Positions 56,003 to 64,000 of a stretch of 64,000 nucleotides of DNA are shown here, one piece after another. The notes beneath the pieces were generated by a model. That model did not search any database. It was given only the letters and a program-made list of their open reading frames with translations, and was not told the DNA's origin. Source of the DNA: Thermomicrobiales bacterium. Its GTDB lineage: Bacteria; Chloroflexota; Chloroflexia; Thermomicrobiales; UBA6265. Positions within the stretch are counted from its first letter, which is position 1, and the number at the start of each line of letters is the position of its first letter. Location of the stretch: contig DASZAY010000021.1 in assembly GCA_035944555.1 (NCBI GenBank), positions 66,415-130,414 on the forward strand. The letters are read 5' to 3'. A program made the translations under genes and the position numbers.

Positions 56003-57046
56003 ATGGTCGCGACCGCGCCCGACCGCACCGAGGCTGCCGAGCAGGCACCTTCGAGTCCGGCACCTGCCCGCCAGGTAAGCACCTATGGCCAGCCCCGACC
56101 GCAGGCGCTTCGCCTGCTCCTCGAGGCCGGCGTCCACTTCGGCCACCAGGCCAAGCGGTGGAACCCGAAGATGAAGCGCCACATCTTCGGCGAGCGTAAC
56201 GGCATCCACATCCTTGACTTGCAGCAGACCGTCTACCGGCTCGAGGACGCGCAGAAGTTCATCGCCGACACCACGTCCCGTGGCGGCAAGATCCTGTTCG
56301 TCGGCACCAAGAAGCAGGCGACGGACATCGTCGAGCGCGAGGCGCTCCGATCCAACCAGTACTTCATCAACCGGCGCTGGATGGGCGGCACGCTGACGAA
56401 CTTCGTCACGATCCGCTCCCGCCTCCGCGTACTGAAGAACCTCCAGGGCCAGCTCGAGCGCGGCGAGTTCGACTACCTGCCCAAGCAGGAAGCCGCCAAG
56501 AAGCTCCTCGAACTGGAGAAGCTCGAGAAGAGCCTCGGTGGTATGCGTGACATGACGCAGCTGCCCTCCGCGGTCTTTATCATCGACACCCGCCGCGAGC
56601 AGCTGGCTGTGCATGAGGCTCGCCGCCTGGGGATCCCCGTCATCGCCCTGACCGACTCCAACGCCGATCCGGACGACGCCGACTACGCCATTCCCGCCAA
56701 CGACGACGCCATCCGCGCCCTTCGTCTCCTCGCCGCGTCCATCGCGGACGCGGCGATCGACGGCACGACCCGCTTCGAGAGCCGTGGACCCGAGGCTCAG
56801 GCCGAGGGTGGCCGTGGCCGCCGCGGCGGTGACGGACCGGTCACCGCCGAGGACTTCGCCAATCGCCCGGCTCGTGGGCAGCAGCAGGCTGGCGGACGCC
56901 AGCAGCGTCCGGCCCAGCCTGCTGCTCCGGCTCCCGCCGAGCAGTCCGCTCCGGCTGAGGTGACCGCACCGGCCGCGGTTGCGGCGGAAGTCCCGGCCGC
57001 TGAGGCGGCTCCGACGACCGACGCCCCGGCGACGACCGAGTCCTAG
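56003..57046 (+). CDS. rpsB: 30S ribosomal protein S2 with N- and C-terminal low-complexity extensions
   Basis: Core motif LLEAGVHFGHQAKRWNPKM. An AGGGAGAA SD lies upstream. There are about 35 extra N-terminal and about 90 extra C-terminal residues (Ala/Pro/Glu-rich). Confidence 0.9.
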   Translation: MVATAPDRTEAAEQAPSSPAPARQVSTYGQPRPQALRLLLEAGVHFGHQAKRWNPKMKRHIFGERNGIHILDLQQTVYRLEDAQKFIADTTSRGGKILFVGTKKQATDIVEREALRSNQYFINRRWMGGTLTNFVTIRSRLRVLKNLQGQLERGEFDYLPKQEAAKKLLELEKLEKSLGGMRDMTQLPSAVFIIDTRREQLAVHEARRLGIPVIALTDSNADPDDADYAIPANDDAIRALRLLAASIADAAIDGTTRFESRGPEAQAEGGRGRRGGDGPVTAEDFANRPARGQQQAGGRQQRPAQPAAPAPAEQSAPAEVTAPAAVAAEVPAAEAAPTTDAPATTES

Positions 57047-57136
57047 ATCGCGCCTCCGGCGACCGGCCCTGATCGGCCGGTCGCTGGCCATGTCCCCTGG
57101 TCCGCGTTCACGACACCAGTTCAGCAGGAGGAATCG

Positions 57137-57706
57137 ATGGTCATTTCGGCAGATCAGGTCAAGCAGCTCCGCGAGAAGACCGGCGCGGGCATCATGGACA
57201 GCAAGCGTGCCCTGCAGGAGACCGACGGCGACATGGCTAAGGCCGAGTCGCTCCTCAAGCAGCAGGGTCTGGCCAAGGCCGGCAAGAAGAGCGGCCGTGA
57301 GGCCCTCCAGGGCGTCGTCGAGGCGTACATCCATGGTGGTGGCCGCATTGGCGCGCTGGTCGAAGTCAACTGCGAGACCGACTTCGTTGCGCGCACGGCG
57401 GACTTCAAGACCCTCGCACGTGACGTCGCGATGCAGGTCGCCGCGATGAGCCCGCGCTACGTCTCGATTGACGACGTGCCGGCCGAGGCCTGGAGCCAGC
57501 TGGAGGCCGATCACGGCTCCCGCGACGACGCCGCCAAGGCCGTCGTGCTGCTAGAGCAGACGTTCATCCGCGATGGCAAGCTGACCATCAAGGACCTCGT
57601 TCGCGAAGGGATTTCCAAGCTCGGCGAGAACATCCAGGTCACGCGGTTCTCCCGCTTCGAGCTGGGCACTGACCGCCCCGCGACGGACGCCACCGCCGAC
57701 GCCTAA
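57137..57706 (+). CDS. tsf: Elongation factor Ts (short form)
   Basis: N-terminus [21 protein letters not shown]. An AGGAGG SD lies upstream. It follows rpsB. Confidence 0.9.
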   Translation: MVISADQVKQLREKTGAGIMDSKRALQETDGDMAKAESLLKQQGLAKAGKKSGREALQGVVEAYIHGGGRIGALVEVNCETDFVARTADFKTLARDVAMQVAAMSPRYVSIDDVPAEAWSQLEADHGSRDDAAKAVVLLEQTFIRDGKLTIKDLVREGISKLGENIQVTRFSRFELGTDRPATDATADA

Positions 57707-57789
57707 TCTCATTTGATCGTGCCGGAAGGGGACGGCGGTTCGCGCACGCTGCGCGGCTGCCGTCCCCTTCAACGCGGAAGGACCTCCAC

Positions 57790-58533
57790 ATGACCTCTCC
57801 CTACCGACGGGTACTCCTGAAAGTCAGCGGCGAGGCGTTGATGGGGAGCGGCGGCTACGGCATTGACCCACCCGTGCTGGTCGGGATCGCAGAGCAGATC
57901 CGGACGGCGGCCGCTGAACACAGCGAGATGGCCATCGTCATCGGTGGTGGCAACATCTTCCGGGGTCTGTCCGCCGCATCCAAGGGGATGGACCGCGCGA
58001 CCGCTGACTACATGGGCATGGTGGCGACCGTGCTCAACAGCCTTGCCCTCCAGGACGGCCTGGAGAAGGTCGGGATGGAGAGCCGGGTCATGACCGCCAT
58101 CCAGATGCATGAGGTCGCGGAGCCCTACATCCGGCGCCGTGCCCTGCGACACATGGAGAAGGGGCGCGTCGTCATCCTCGCCGCCGGCACCGGCAACCCC
58201 TACTTCACGACCGACACCGCGGCGGCGCTCCGGGCACTGGAACTCGATGCGGATATCCTGCTGATGGCCAAGAACGGCGTCGATGGCGTTTACTCGGCCG
58301 ACCCGCAGAAGGACCCGTCCGCTGAGAAGTATCTCCGGCTGACGCACCAGGAGGCGCTGGAGCGCAACCTCAGGGTGATGGACGCATCGGCGCTGGCGCT
58401 CTGCCGTGACAACGAGTTGCCAATCCTCGTCTTCGACATGAACGATCCCACGGCCATCACCCGGGCCGTCTCCGGGCAGTCGGTCGGAACCATCATCACC
58501 GCTCGTGCCGACGATGCGGCCGGGACGGACTAG
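57790..58533 (+). CDS. pyrH: UMP kinase
   Basis: Motifs [19 protein letters not shown] and [17 protein letters not shown]. Confidence 0.95.
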   Translation: MTSPYRRVLLKVSGEALMGSGGYGIDPPVLVGIAEQIRTAAAEHSEMAIVIGGGNIFRGLSAASKGMDRATADYMGMVATVLNSLALQDGLEKVGMESRVMTAIQMHEVAEPYIRRRALRHMEKGRVVILAAGTGNPYFTTDTAAALRALELDADILLMAKNGVDGVYSADPQKDPSAEKYLRLTHQEALERNLRVMDASALALCRDNELPILVFDMNDPTAITRAVSGQSVGTIITARADDAAGTD

Positions 58534-58595
58534 CGCCCACCGGCCGAAGTGTCGATAATCGGACGAGTCGTCGCCCACCCAGAGAGGAATGCCCC

Positions 58596-59153
58596 ATGCT
58601 CAAGGACGTGATCAAGGACGCTGAGTCCCGCATGGACAAGGCGCTCGACGCGCTGCGCCGTGACCTGGAGGGTGTGCGGACCGGCCGCGCGTCGACTGCC
58701 CTTGTCGACCGGATCACCGTCGAGTCGTACGGGACGATCATGCCGCTCAATCAGGTCGCAGGCATTTCTGTCCCGGAGGCCCGTATGATCGTCATCCAGC
58801 CCTGGGACAAGGGCACGATTGGCGCGATCGAAAAGGCCATCCAGCGATCAGACCTTGGCCTGAACCCGAACAACGACGGCTCGTCGATCCGGATCAATCT
58901 CCCGCCGCTGACCGAGGAGCGGCGCAAGCAGCTGGTAAAGGTCGTGCACAGCAACGTCGAGGACGCCAAGGTCTCGATCCGCAACGTCCGCCGCGACGCC
59001 ATGAGTACGCTCAAGGAACTCAGCGACGAAGGCGAGATCTCGGAAGACGACGGCAAGCGTGGCTCGTCGCAGGTTGACGACGTCACGAAGAAGCACGTCG
59101 AAGAGGCGGATCGTATCGGCAAGAGCAAGGAACAGGAAATTCTCGAGTTCTGA
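58596..59153 (+). CDS. frr: Ribosome recycling factor
   Basis: Motifs RTGRASTALVD, LGLNPNNDGSSIRINLPPLTEERR and IRNVRRD. Confidence 0.95.
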   Translation: MLKDVIKDAESRMDKALDALRRDLEGVRTGRASTALVDRITVESYGTIMPLNQVAGISVPEARMIVIQPWDKGTIGAIEKAIQRSDLGLNPNNDGSSIRINLPPLTEERRKQLVKVVHSNVEDAKVSIRNVRRDAMSTLKELSDEGEISEDDGKRGSSQVDDVTKKHVEEADRIGKSKEQEILEF

Positions 59154-59156
59154 TCC

Positions 59157-59201
59157 GGATCCGTACGGCTCTCCGGGCAGACCGGAGAGCCGGACGGATC
59201 C
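59157..59201 (+). terminator. Long hairpin immediately after frr
   Basis: A 20-bp stem with one mismatch (GGATCCGTACGGCTCTCCGG/CCGGAGAGCCGGACGGATCC) and loop GCAGA. No clear U-tract follows. Confidence 0.45.
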
Positions 59202-59281
59202 GTTCCGGCACTCTGTAGCTTCGGTAACCCTCGTAGCCTGTATCCGGGTCCGCACTGCGCCGCCCATTCACGGACAGCCTC

Positions 59282-60094
59282 ATGACCACCTCAGCTCATC
59301 CCGATCAAACGGCCGACCCGACCAAGCAAGACGCCGTACCTTCGTGGGCGCATCTCGTCACGCCGACTCCAATCCAGACCGAGCACCCTGTGCCCGCGCA
59401 TGTCGCCATCATCATGGACGGCAATGGGCGCTGGGCCAAGGAGCGTGGTCTTCCCCGTCTGACCGGCCACGAGCGCGGAACGGACAACATCCGCCGCATC
59501 ACGTCGGCGGCGGTCGAAGCCGGCGTCAGCTACCTCACACTGTGGGCCTTCTCGACCGAGAACTGGCGCCGTCCCCGCGAGGAAGTCGAAGGCATCATCC
59601 GGATCCTCGGCATGTGCCTTGTGCGGGACGTCGACGAGCTGCACCGGCAGGGCGTCCAGCTTCGGCACATCGGCGACCTCGATGGTCTGCCAGACGAGAT
59701 GCGGGACCAGATCCACGCCGCAATCGAGCTGACCCAGCACAACGACCGGATCGTGCTGACACTCGCCTTCAACTACGGCGGACGATCCGAAATGATTCGT
59801 GCCATCCGGGCGCTCGTGGCGACCGGCGTTGCCCCGGAAGAGATCACCGAGGATGCCATCGCCTCGCACCTCTACACCGCCGGCATGCCGGACCCAGATC
59901 TGATCATCCGGACCTCCGGCGAACACCGGATCAGCAACTTCATGGTCTGGCAGGGCGCCTACTCCGAACTGTTCTTCACCAACACCTACTGGCCCGACTT
60001 CGGCCCGGAGCACCTCCGCGAGGCTGTGGACGACTACTCCCAGCGGGAGCGCCGGTTCGGACACGTCGCGGCGCTGACCGCGCCGTCGCAGTAG
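59282..60094 (+). CDS. uppS: Isoprenyl transferase (undecaprenyl-diphosphate synthase)
   Basis: Motifs IIMDGNGRWA, FSTENWRRP and RTSGEHRISNF. Confidence 0.9.
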   Translation: MTTSAHPDQTADPTKQDAVPSWAHLVTPTPIQTEHPVPAHVAIIMDGNGRWAKERGLPRLTGHERGTDNIRRITSAAVEAGVSYLTLWAFSTENWRRPREEVEGIIRILGMCLVRDVDELHRQGVQLRHIGDLDGLPDEMRDQIHAAIELTQHNDRIVLTLAFNYGGRSEMIRAIRALVATGVAPEEITEDAIASHLYTAGMPDPDLIIRTSGEHRISNFMVWQGAYSELFFTNTYWPDFGPEHLREAVDDYSQRERRFGHVAALTAPSQ

Positions 60095-60103
60095 TCGCCC
60101 GCC

Positions 60104-61009
60104 ATGCGCGATCGCCTGCTGGGTTCTGTCGGGGTGGTCGTGGTTGGCCTGGTGGCGCTGCTGCTCGGTGGGCCGGTCTACGTCGCCGTGATGCTTGCCA
60201 TCGGGCTGGTGGCATACCACGAGTTCCGGCGACTGGCGCAACGGATCGGCCTCGCGGTCTCCCATCTTGGTTATGGCTTTATCATCATTGGCGCCCTGGC
60301 CGGGTGGATGGACAACCGGTCCATCATGTTCGCCGTGGTGACCCTGGCGGCGATGCTGCCGCTGACTGTTGGCGTGCTTCGGGCGGGTCGCCATCCGGTA
60401 CTGGTCGGGCCGGAGTCGCTCCATAGTTCCGTGGGCCTCGGCGGTTGGGCGGCGACAGCGTGCGCCAGCCTGTTCATCACCATCCCGACGATGTTCGGGA
60501 TCAGCCTCAGGGAACGCGAAGCCGGAGGCGAAGCCGAGTGGCTGCAGTCGCTCAGCGAGGCACTCGCGCTCGGGTGGGATGGGCGACCCACCGGCCTGGG
60601 CTGGATCGCGACCTTTACGCTGATCGGCTGGCTGAGCGACACCGGGGCCTACCTGATCGGTCGTCGCTGGGGCCGCCACCCACTCGCGCCGACCGTCAGT
60701 CCGAAGAAGACCGTCGAAGGCGCGATTGGCGGCATGATCGGATCGGCACTCGCCGCGGCTGCTGGGATCCTCGTCTTCAATCTTGACTGTCCGCTCTGGC
60801 TCGGTCTGCTGATCGGTGTCGTGCTTGGCGCTCTGGGTATGCTGGGGGACCTCGGCGAGTCCCTGATAAAGCGGCAGGCCGGCGTCAAGGACAGCGGCAC
60901 GCTCATCCCCGGCCACGGCGGGATCCTTGACCGCTTCGACGCCATGTACGTCATCCTCGCCGCCGGCTGGTTCGCGGTCGAGTTCGTCAACTGGTACGTC
61001 TCCCGCTGA
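60104..61009 (+). CDS. cdsA: Phosphatidate cytidylyltransferase
   Basis: Signature SDTGAYLIGRRWG...GDLGESLIKRQAGVKDSGTLIPGHGGILDRFD. Confidence 0.9.
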   Translation: MRDRLLGSVGVVVVGLVALLLGGPVYVAVMLAIGLVAYHEFRRLAQRIGLAVSHLGYGFIIIGALAGWMDNRSIMFAVVTLAAMLPLTVGVLRAGRHPVLVGPESLHSSVGLGGWAATACASLFITIPTMFGISLREREAGGEAEWLQSLSEALALGWDGRPTGLGWIATFTLIGWLSDTGAYLIGRRWGRHPLAPTVSPKKTVEGAIGGMIGSALAAAAGILVFNLDCPLWLGLLIGVVLGALGMLGDLGESLIKRQAGVKDSGTLIPGHGGILDRFDAMYVILAAGWFAVEFVNWYVSR

Positions 61010-61042
61010 CCGGGGGTCCCCGCACTCCCAGGAGTTCCATCC

Positions 61043-62266
61043 GTGACAACGACGCACGCGACTCCGATCGTTCCACTCGCACCGCGTTCGACCCGGCCGG
61101 TCCGATGTGGGGAGGACGGTCGGATCCGGATCTCTGTCATCGGTTCAACCGGCTCGGTCGGCTGCCAGACACTCGACGTCCTCGTGGCGCTTCCTGACCG
61201 GTTCGTGGTCCGGGGACTGGTTGCCCGCCAGTCGGGGGAGACGCTGCGAGGTCAGATCGCCGCACACGCTCCCAGTGTCGTGGGTTTCGACGGTCCGGCG
61301 GATGCCCTTGGCGCATTGCCCCTCGGAACGGAAACGATGTCATCCTCGGCGGCGATGGCGGCACTGGCCAGGGACGATCAGACCGACATCCTGGTCGTCG
61401 CATCCTCCGGACATGCCGCCATCACCGCCACCTTGGATGCATTGAAGCAAGGCAAGGTTGTGGCCCTCGCGAACAAGGAAGCCGTCGTCTGCGCGGGGCC
61501 ACTCGTCATTGAGGCGATGCTCGCCGGGGGCGGCGAGGTGCGGCCGGTCGACAGCGAGCACAGCGCGATCTGGCAGAGCCTCGGTGCCAGCGACGGTCGT
61601 GACGTCCGTCGCCTGACTCTTACCGCCTCTGGTGGACCGTTCCGGACGTGGTCACGCGAGCAAATGCGCGACGTCTCGGCCGCCCAAGCGCTCAACCACC
61701 CGACGTGGCGGATGGGAGGCAAGATCACCATCGATTCCGCCACGCTGGTCAACAAGGGGCTCGAGCTGATCGAGGCGCGCTGGCTCTTCGGCGTCGAGCC
61801 GGCGATCCTGGACGTGGTGGTCCATCCTGAAAGCATCATTCATTCGCTCGTGGAGTTCGCAGACTACAGCCAGGTCGCCCAGCTCTCGCTCCCCGACATG
61901 CGGTTGCCGATCCAGTTCGCGTTGACCTGGCCGGAACATGCTCCGTCACCCTGCCGTCCTCTCTCGCTGGCGGAGCTGGGGCAGCTCACCTTCGAGGCGC
62001 CCGACGAGGACCGGTTTCCGGGGCTGCGGCTGGCCCGCGAAGCGATGATCGCGGGTTCAACCTTCCCCACCGTCTATAGTGCCGCCGACGAGGTCGCCGT
62101 CAAAGCGTTCCTTGCCGGCCGGATCGGGTTCACGGGCATCGCCGACGCCATCGCCGCCGCTCTCGACGCGCACGTTCCGGTCGGCTCGTTCAGCCTCGAC
62201 GCCATCGAAGAAGCCGATCACTGGGCCCGCGAAATGGTCGCAGCGCGGGTGGCTCGTGCCGGCTAG
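61043..62266 (+). CDS. dxr: 1-deoxy-D-xylulose-5-phosphate reductoisomerase
   Basis: Motifs GSTGSVG, LANKEA, DSEHSAIWQ and NHPTWRMGGKITIDSAT. GTG start 8 nt after an AGGAG SD. Confidence 0.9.
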   Translation: MTTTHATPIVPLAPRSTRPVRCGEDGRIRISVIGSTGSVGCQTLDVLVALPDRFVVRGLVARQSGETLRGQIAAHAPSVVGFDGPADALGALPLGTETMSSSAAMAALARDDQTDILVVASSGHAAITATLDALKQGKVVALANKEAVVCAGPLVIEAMLAGGGEVRPVDSEHSAIWQSLGASDGRDVRRLTLTASGGPFRTWSREQMRDVSAAQALNHPTWRMGGKITIDSATLVNKGLELIEARWLFGVEPAILDVVVHPESIIHSLVEFADYSQVAQLSLPDMRLPIQFALTWPEHAPSPCRPLSLAELGQLTFEAPDEDRFPGLRLAREAMIAGSTFPTVYSAADEVAVKAFLAGRIGFTGIADAIAAALDAHVPVGSFSLDAIEEADHWAREMVAARVARAG

Positions 62267-62283
62267 CCGGCGGGACCTGCACT

Positions 62284-63009
62284 TTATCGCCAGTGGTCTT
62301 CCGTCCACCCCGCCCGGGTGAGCGTCACCGCAGCAACGTCTGCCGCACCAGCATCGCGGAGCGCGGAGGCACACGCTGCCAGCGTGGAGCCGGTCGTCAG
62401 GACATCGTCGACGACGATAATCGGCCGAGAAGCTACCGGACCGGCATCGGCCTCGAACGCCCCCTCAACGTTCTGGACCCGCTCCGTCGCGTCCAGCCCC
62501 ACCTGTTGCCTCGTGACGCGCACTCGACGCAGGACATTCGGCCTGAGCGCGTCGGGGCGACCAACAGCACGGAGCCCGGCGAGGGCCAGCACATGGGACT
62601 GGTTGAAGCCTCGCTCCCGTTGCCTACCGCGATGAAGCGGGACGGGAACGACGAGCGCTTGCGATTCAGCAATGAGCAGTTCGGCCAGAGCAGGCGCGAG
62701 CAGCGTTCCCAGATGTCTGGACCGCGCGCGGTCACCGTCGTACTTCAGTGCGTGAACGGCGTCTTCGAGCCAGCCAGCGTGCGGCCCAGCCGACCGGACG
62801 ACGGAATACCCACTCGGGAGACGTTCACACTGGCAGACCCTGCTTCCGCAGCGCGGACACCATGGTTCGGCAGCGAGCGGCAGTCCGGCCCGACAGCGGT
62901 CGCAGACCCAGCGACCACGCTCGCCGCAGCCGGCGCAGACCCGCGGCCAGATGACCTCCGGCAGTAGCCCGAGAAGATGCCGGCTCTGCTCCAACGACCT
63001 GACGTTCAC
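62284..63009 (-). CDS. comF: ComF family phosphoribosyltransferase-like protein
   Basis: N-terminal Cys-rich motif CAGCGERGRWVCDRC...CPRCG and the PRTase motif IIVVDDVLTTGSTL. GTG 63009 behind an AAAGGGG SD; the upstream 100 aa of the track ORF is rejected. Confidence 0.75.
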   Translation of the reverse strand: MNVRSLEQSRHLLGLLPEVIWPRVCAGCGERGRWVCDRCRAGLPLAAEPWCPRCGSRVCQCERLPSGYSVVRSAGPHAGWLEDAVHALKYDGDRARSRHLGTLLAPALAELLIAESQALVVPVPLHRGRQRERGFNQSHVLALAGLRAVGRPDALRPNVLRRVRVTRQQVGLDATERVQNVEGAFEADAGPVASRPIIVVDDVLTTGSTLAACASALRDAGAADVAAVTLTRAGWTEDHWR

Positions 63010-63077
63010 CGCTGCCCCTTTGCGGCCGCCTGGACCCCGTGCAGGCGCGTTACTGCGGAGGCGAACATGCGTCCGCG

Positions 63078-63083
63078 TATACT
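63078..63083 (+). promoter_or_regulatory. Candidate -10 (TATACT) placing the polB ATG at the TSS (leaderless)
   Basis: TATACT ends 6 nt before ATG 63090. No SD precedes that ATG. Confidence 0.3.
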
Positions 63084-63089
63084 TATGGT

Positions 63090-64000
63090 ATGACGATAAT
63101 CCCCGCAGACCGCGACGACAGCACCCATTCCTTCGATGATATCCGCCGGGAGCGGCTGCTCTATGGCCACGATCCGCTCGATCGCATCGTCGCCGTTGAG
63201 CGGGTCGGACCGGATCGGATGGCGCTCTACCTGGCCACCGAGACCGGCGAGCGCAAGGTCCGGTACGAGACCTTCCGACCATGGTTGCTGGCGACGCGGG
63301 CCGAGCCATGGTCCGCGATTCGTCCCGTCCCGGAGATCGTCCGACTCAGCGGGGACCACGATCACCAGTACCTGATCCGGTTCGCGAACTGGAACGACCA
63401 CCTGGACGCCGTGCAGGCAGCCAAACGGACCAACGAGCCGTACTTCCGCATCCGACCCGCTGTCGAGCAGTATCTCGTCGGAGCTGGGCGGACGCTCTTC
63501 CGCGGAATGGACTTCCCGGACCTCCGCCGGGTCCAGCTTGATATCGAGACCCTGGGTCTTGACCCGACCGTCGACGACGCCGCCGTGATCGCGATTGCCA
63601 TCCGCACGCAGGATGGCGACGAGACGTTCATGATCAACGAGGGATCGGAGCCTGACCTGATCAACCGGCTCACGGAATGGATCCTGAAGCGGGACCCGGA
63701 CGTCGTCGAAGGTCACAACATCTTCAACTTCGATTTGCCATTCCTCGTGACCCGGGCCGAGCGATATGGCATGTCGCTTCCCTGGGGACGCAACGGATCA
63801 CAGGTCCTCGTGCGAGAGGGCTCGTCCCGGTTCAAGGTCGCCGCGCTCAGCCTGCCTTTCACGTGGGTGCATATCCACGGTCGCCACGTCATCGACACGT
63901 ACCAGCAGATCCAGCGTTATGACATCGGCGGGAAGCTGGGTTCGTACGCGCTGAAGAAGGTGATGGCGTCGCTCTACCCCGAGCAGGAGCGCGAGATCAT
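63090..64000 (+). CDS. polB: Family B DNA polymerase, N-terminal/3'-5' exonuclease part (partial, runs off the window)
   Basis: Manual translation of the open frame gives MTIIPADRDD...RVQLDIETLGLDP (ExoI, DxE)...VEGHNIFNFDLPFL (ExoII, NxxxFD)...HVIDTYQQ. There is no stop before 64000, so it is absent from the ORF track. Confidence 0.75.
   Translation, partial: MTIIPADRDDSTHSFDDIRRERLLYGHDPLDRIVAVERVGPDRMALYLATETGERKVRYETFRPWLLATRAEPWSAIRPVPEIVRLSGDHDHQYLIRFANWNDHLDAVQAAKRTNEPYFRIRPAVEQYLVGAGRTLFRGMDFPDLRRVQLDIETLGLDPTVDDAAVIAIAIRTQDGDETFMINEGSEPDLINRLTEWILKRDPDVVEGHNIFNFDLPFLVTRAERYGMSLPWGRNGSQVLVREGSSRFKVAALSLPFTWVHIHGRHVIDTYQQIQRYDIGGKLGSYALKKVMASLYPEQEREI

Noticed and set aside
4864-61057. 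Numerous very long ORFs antisense to or overlapping annotated genes, for example 4864-6330(-), 16630-18144(+), 19392-20777(+), 21444-23309(+), 26933-29416(+), 42923-44605(-), 46689-48500(+), 55793-57514(-) and 59291-61057(-).
   Set aside because: These are typical high-GC shadow ORFs. Their translations are Arg/Pro/Gly/Asp-rich with no recognisable motifs. The opposite strand or other frame carries unambiguous conserved proteins with SD sequences.
63006-63716. A 236-aa minus-strand ORF at the right end.
   Set aside because: It is antisense to the clearly conserved PolB exonuclease-domain frame. Its N-terminal part would also overlap comF.

Overview
High-GC, gene-dense bacterial chromosome segment with about 50 CDS and one tRNA. 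The content is mostly core metabolism and housekeeping. I found no CRISPR array, transposase, integrase or recognisable defence island. Taxonomy cannot be settled without a database search; gene content (opcA, bactofilins, low-complexity tails) fits a Chloroflexota/Thermomicrobia-like or actinobacterial-like lineage.

Gene order, left to right:
- tRNA-Leu(UAG), then MFS exporter and M20 peptidase.
- Gfo/Idh/MocA oxidoreductase, then a CUT1-type sugar ABC importer (binding protein plus two permeases, no ATPase).
- lysC-asd, preceded by a candidate leader-peptide attenuator.
- MarR regulator and an M50/CBS site-2 protease.
- A contiguous seven-gene pentose-phosphate operon on the minus strand: tkt-tal-gnd-zwf-opcA-pgl-rpiA.
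- Histidine kinase, OmpR-type regulator and a polytopic DUF2807-like membrane protein.
- A DEAD-box helicase with a DRGPR-repeat tail.
- A 898-aa tandem (duplicated) malic enzyme.
- An orphan GAF/HisKA_2 kinase and a secreted Cys-pair repeat protein.
- ybjQ, a NIF3-like gene and pepA.
- A 475-bp non-coding gap, a disordered hypothetical protein, a metallophosphoesterase and DoxX.
- A long, divergent IlvD/Edd-family dehydratase and a DUF4397 protein.
- An amidase plus BMP-type ABC transporter operon.
- Two bactofilins plus an SH3b membrane protein.
- The conserved rpsB-tsf-pyrH-frr-uppS-cdsA-dxr cluster, then comF.
- A family-B DNA polymerase gene that runs off the window end and is therefore missing from the ORF track.

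Best leads:
1. A Thr/Ile/Met-rich leader ORF with alternative terminator/antiterminator pairings upstream of aspartate kinase.
2. The malic-enzyme tandem fusion, whose first module has lost a metal-binding Asp motif.
3. The bactofilin-bactofilin-SH3b module.
4. A recurring TATACT -10 motif, with two apparently leaderless starts.
5. Two intergenic hairpins sharing a conserved GGATGATTCC loop core and differing by a compensatory base-pair change.

All functional calls rest on motifs read in the translations and on gene context. No homology search or RNA-folding program was run.
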